This document shows positions 59,571-64,000 of a DNA stretch of 64,000 nt, in pieces. The DNA is from Camelus ferus (taxonomy: Eukaryota): positions 90,956,001-91,020,000 of the forward strand of contig NC_045696.1 of NCBI RefSeq assembly GCF_009834535.1, read 5' to 3'. The notes below the pieces were generated by a model. That model ran no database searches, was not told where the DNA came from, and saw only the letters and a list, made by a program, of their open reading frames with translations. A program made the translations under genes and the position numbers. Every line of letters begins with the position of its first letter. The stretch's first letter is position 1.

Positions 59571-60673
59571 AAGCAAGGGGACAGTCTTGTCCTCATGGTT
59601 GGTGAACTTCCCAGCAGGAGGCATTTGAGGGATGTGCATTTAGCTATGTCGTGCCCATCCCACCACCCTCTCTTCTCCCCATTAACATAAATTGTTTTTC
59701 CCTCCCCAGAGCTTGTCCCTGTGTACCCTTTTGGTGTTAAACACCAGTGGACCGTGCATTTTGGTGTAAGACTGGTTGTTCTTAGACAGAAATGAGATCT
59801 TCATTAGCTTGCAGAACACATTAAGGTCAATGAGTGTTTAATAAATGATGTGCGTTGCCTCTTCCAGCTGGAAATCTTTGCTGATCTGGATGAGCCAGTT
59901 CTTTGCACCTGCCCACAGTCAGCCTCTTGAATAGGTTGGGCTAGATTCTCTCACTACAGCACTCAGGTCAGCTGAACTATTTTATTTAAAGAACATTTAC
60001 ACATGCATAAATATATTTATATCTCTATACTCCAACAAGGGAATTAAGTCAGCTTGAATTTATGTAAAATGTGTTATCATTATTGGATAAGAAGGGAGTA
60101 TTGTGCTCAGATGCACAAACATCCCCTGGCCACTGCTAATTATAGGCATGTAAAAAATGGCTGGTGGTTGCTTCTGAACCCAGACGGAATCTGTGGATGT
60201 TGATTATGAAGAGCTATTATATATTGATAGGTTAGGATTTATTACTGAAACTATAAACCGATTGCTCCAGATTGCATGGTAGTCGGACACTGGGGAATCG
60301 GTCTTGGAACTGTTAGACCAGGGTAATCTATCAGGAGGAGGGGAGTGTATTCTATCAATTAAGGAACAAGCAATTCTACTGATTTCCTATTGGCAAGCTA
60401 ATAGAGGTAATGGGTTTTCCTAGACAGTCCAGGTACTGTACAGCCGAGTTGGGGAAAATAGTGACATTAGACAAATAGAAGAGCAGTTCATTAAACCTGA
60501 ATGAAGCCAGTGATGGGATGAGAGAGCTGGAGGACCCTGGGCTCTGATATGTCCTGTGTAGGGGCCTCTTAGGCGGGGAGAGGCAGCTAAACTCACAAGA
60601 ATTTGGATGCCTTTTGCAATTGATATTCATGGGATACTTACAGGAACCCTTTGGTGTGAAAGTGTCTCAGCGG

Positions 60674-61100
60674 TGTATCTCACTATGCTAGTGTCAACAC
60701 TAGCTGCATTAAACACAACCTCAAAATCTTAGTGGCTTAAACAACAAATGCTTATCTTTCTTGGGTCTGTGGGTCACTGGGGGCTCAGCTGATCTTGGCT
60801 CAGCTACAGGGAGGTTTGAATTCACCCCCTGTGTGTCACTCTTGTGCCCAGGTGGGCAGGGTGGTGGCTAGCCAGAGCACGTTCTTCTCCTGGCTTTGGC
60901 AAATCCAAGTTGAACCCTGTAGGCACATTTCAGCCTCTGCTAGAGTTATGTCCACCCACACCCCATTGGTCAAAGGAAGTCCCACAGTCAAGCTAATGTC
61001 CAGGGTGGCGAAGCATACTGAGCCCACAGCAAGGCTGTGAATGTGTAATTTTATTAGAGGGGAATGAAGAAATGTGATCAACAATCTAATCCACTCTACA
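60674..61100 (-). mobile_element. MaLR LTR (MLT1H/I-type)
   Basis: 'caaaatcttagtggcttaaacaacaa...tctgtgggtca...gctcagctg...ccattggtcaaaggaagtc...aatctaatccactctaca'. Confidence 0.8.
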
Positions 61101-61599
61101 CTGTCTTCTTTGCTACATGGCACTTTCTGTAGTTGAGGCTGAGTTTGGATACTTCTCCCCTCCTTCTTTGCCCCACTACCGGGCAATGCCACTGTTGATT
61201 CCTTGTCTCCAGAAGCCAGCCTTGTTCTTTAATCCTGATCTTCTTCAGGTGGTGGTGAGTCGGTTATATTGCAGCATATAAATCAACATGGCTTGTAAAT
61301 GGAACTCAATTTTTAGAATAAAAACTTTGCACTACTGACACTTTTTACTGCAGAAGTCACCCTAGTGAGTCCCTTTGCTGTCCCAGATATGTCTCATACT
61401 TGTTTCCCTTGAGCCAAGCCTGACAAACCAGAGGTAATAAAGATGTAGCTGCAGCCAATCTGAAGTGAGGCAGAAAGGACAGGGAGGGCCCTCACACTCA
61501 GAAGGGAGAATGAGTGAATGTCAGGGTCTTAGAGTCTGCTTTGTACCCCTTGTGTGTGTGTATATATATATATTAGTGCTGCTCTACCAGGCAGAGAGC

Positions 61600-61750
61600 T
61601 AACGTTTACCCAGATATAAACTCTGCCATGTTCATTGCCATATTCCCTGCACTATAATCAGATGCTGGTGCGTGGTGGATTCATCACCATCAATGATGGT
61701 GCATTCATCAATATGAATAAACTGAATGAATGAATAAATGAATGAATGAA
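61600..61750 (+). mobile_element. L2 3' tail
   Basis: 'tgttcattgccatattccctgcac' and '(tgaa)n' tail 'ctgaatgaatgaataaatgaatgaatgaa'. Confidence 0.65.
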
Positions 61751-62619
61751 GGTAAAAGCAAGGAGTTCTACTTTTGGGACAACCACGGCCTCTAATGAGT
61801 CTGAGTTTAGAATGTAAATAGAAAACTTATAGCTTCTTTTCCTTTAGCAGGTGGGAGGGGTGACCTTGAAGGATGGGAGTGAAGAGGAGAAGAAGTAGCC
61901 ATGGAAACTCAGCTTGGAGGCAGGGGGACATGGAGGCTAAAGAGAGGGCTGAGGACATCTGCTCTTTGTTCTGCCACTAAGTAGCAAGTGTCTTGTAGTG
62001 TCTGTCTCGCCTCACCACAACTGGCTCTCCTGTAAGGCCTGTAGAAACTGCCAGGCCACAGGAATAAAGCATAAAACATTTTAGAGTAAAGCCAAAAGAG
62101 GGGGCATCTTGATTCTAGTAGGCTAGGCAGAAATTATGACTTGTTTTCAGGAGGCAGGAAAATAAAAGACTTAGAACTAGCCTGGCTATAGTGGATAGGC
62201 AGGCAAAGGGATAAAATAACAACTAGCCAACAACAGAAAGCCCAGCCACACCAGGGCAGGGACACACTTTCACAATCTGGTAACTTTAGGGCCCAACCCA
62301 GAGCCCAGCGCATGATGAGTGCTTCATAGAGAATGAAAACATTCAGCTGCCATTGTTGTACCATCTGTGGGATGATCAGAAGAGGGGAGGAGGGCAGCTG
62401 GCAGGAAAAGGAGCTGTAAGATTGGATTGACCACCTGATCTCAGGCACCAAGATTTCTCTGGTTAGAATGTAATTTCTGGACTTTCACCCAATACATAGG
62501 TCAGACTGTTCAGTGCCAAGCTTCTAGGCAGAGACAACATTCTATAACAAGCATACACTTGTAACACAAATTGCTTCAATAAGGCCCCCATTATAATTAT
62601 ACTGTTTTCTGTCTCATCT

Positions 62620-63580
62620 ACTGATTTTCTCACTAGAGACCCTGGGAGATTTCACTCCATCCTGGATTCTAAATCTTGAGACTCTTTATTTCCTCCTGAC
62701 CTCTCTCTGTTTTAGGTTTCTCTAGCTGGCATCTTCCAGACTCCTTATCATCAATATTTCCAAAACCAACCTCCTCAAAATTCCCCAAGTCTCGCTCCTC
62801 CTTCTAGAGCCCCTCTCTTAATTAATTGCATCAATCCCCTGAGATACCTTCTCTTTTCTTTCCCCTTCCCATGCCTAATTAAAAACTGGTGTCAATTTTT
62901 TTGCCCTAAATATTGTCTGAATCCATTTCCTCTTCACTAAGCCTGCAAACACTGTTCTGGCTCCGACCTTGTCATCTCTTGCTGGTACTGTCACACCAGC
63001 CTACCACCTGGTCCCCTGCCTCAGGTCTTACCCTCTTCCTATCTATCCTTTCAGCTGCTGCCAGAGGAACTCTATTTAAGATGCAAATCTGGCCATGTGA
63101 GTCCCCTGTCTCTGGTTACCTCCAGACAAGTGTAAGCTCCTTACAAGCACACAGAGGTCTTTCCCCCTCTGCCATCTTCCCTACGTCATCTCCTGCTGCT
63201 CCTTGACTAATACTGACTATCCTAGAGTCTTTGGATGGTTTAGGGTTTGTTCTCTGCACACACCTTGCTGTTTCGAATCTTGATCTCTTCTTAAGCTGGA
63301 TTGTCCCCTTGTCAGCCGCTTTTTTCTTTTTTTTTTTTGTCTGAGTAACTTTCAGCTCTTATGCCTTCTCCTCTAGGTAGGGCTAAGTGCTCCTCTTCTC
63401 GGGTCCCATGGCACCATATGTATCTCTCAACTATTTAAAAATATCTCCTTGCCCTTCTGCCAGCCTTACCAGGCTATACACCATTTAAGGAAAGAGATCT
63501 TTTTTATTCATCCTGTTATCTCCGGCATCCAGCATAGTACCTGACATATGGGAGATTCTCAGCAAATATTTGGTGGGCTG
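62620..63580 (+). mobile_element. L2 LINE 3' portion
   Basis: 'ctgctgccagaggaactctatttaagatgcaaatctggccatgtgagtcccctg...catccagcatagtacctgacata...ctcagcaaatatttg'. Confidence 0.8.
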
Positions 63581-64000
63581 ACCAGACCTGACTCTACAGA
63601 TTCCTTGCTTTTCTTACCTTTGACTTATCAGCCTTCAATGATGAGAAGTCAATCTGAGGTAGAGATTTTCTTTTGGAACCTAAAATCGGTACATTTATCA
63701 TTGTACACTTAACCAAAAAAGAAAAAAAAAGTCAACTTTGATGTTTTTGGAGGCTAGGTTTGAAGATGAAAGGTTGACATATGCATCATGATATAAAGTA
63801 GTGGTCTTTTCAAATGATTTTGCTTCAACCTTCCCAATAAAACAAATGGACTGTGTGCATGGGATTTTGACGTGCTGGTTTTTCTTTGACTCTAAAATGA
63901 AATGAATGTGCAAAGGCACAAAAACAGTATGTATCCTCAATTGGATAAAAGCTCACCTTTATCTCCCTTTGACCCTTTTATTTTCACAATACTAAAGAAA

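Noticed and set aside
60687..60704. 8-bp stem gctagtgt-ca-acactagc (and caccatca-a-tgatggtg near 61685)
   Set aside because: Single short palindromes inside decayed MLT1/L2 elements, within chance expectation.
1..64000. Identity of the host gene or locus
   Set aside because: No recognisable exon, so any gene name would be a guess; it needs BLAST or liftOver.

Overview
This is a 64-kb window of AT-rich, CpG-depleted eutherian genomic DNA, most likely camelid (camel, alpaca or llama). That assignment rests on a tRNA-derived vic-1-type SINE at 24301-24432 and artiodactyl-type L1 3' ends. I can support no protein-coding gene, structural RNA gene, CpG island or CRISPR array; the window reads as a long intron or gene desert. 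A large share is transposon-derived: L1s of several ages, many L2 and MIR relics, MaLR/ERVL LTRs (MLT1, LTR16, LTR40), an ERVL pol/dUTPase remnant, and MER53, MER91, MER102 and MER46C DNA-transposon MITEs. Microsatellites are also present. The only ORFs with recognisable products are dead L1 ORF2/ORF1 and ERVL fragments. The most interesting parts are (i) repeat-free blocks rich in homeodomain, POU, ONECUT and nuclear-receptor motifs with retained CpGs and short palindromes, which look like developmental enhancers (about 15.5-15.9, 20.6-20.9, 37.3-37.6, 52.0-52.7, 53.5-53.7 and 59.2-59.6 kb), and (ii) unusual retrotransposition products (a probable 3' transduction, an L1 with a MIR-like 3' end, a TSD-flanked internal L1 fragment) plus a miR-1302-like arm in MER53. 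I found no evidence for a new multi-gene system. Repeat family names come from recalled consensus sequences, not a database search, and repeat boundaries are approximate unless fixed by a TSD.
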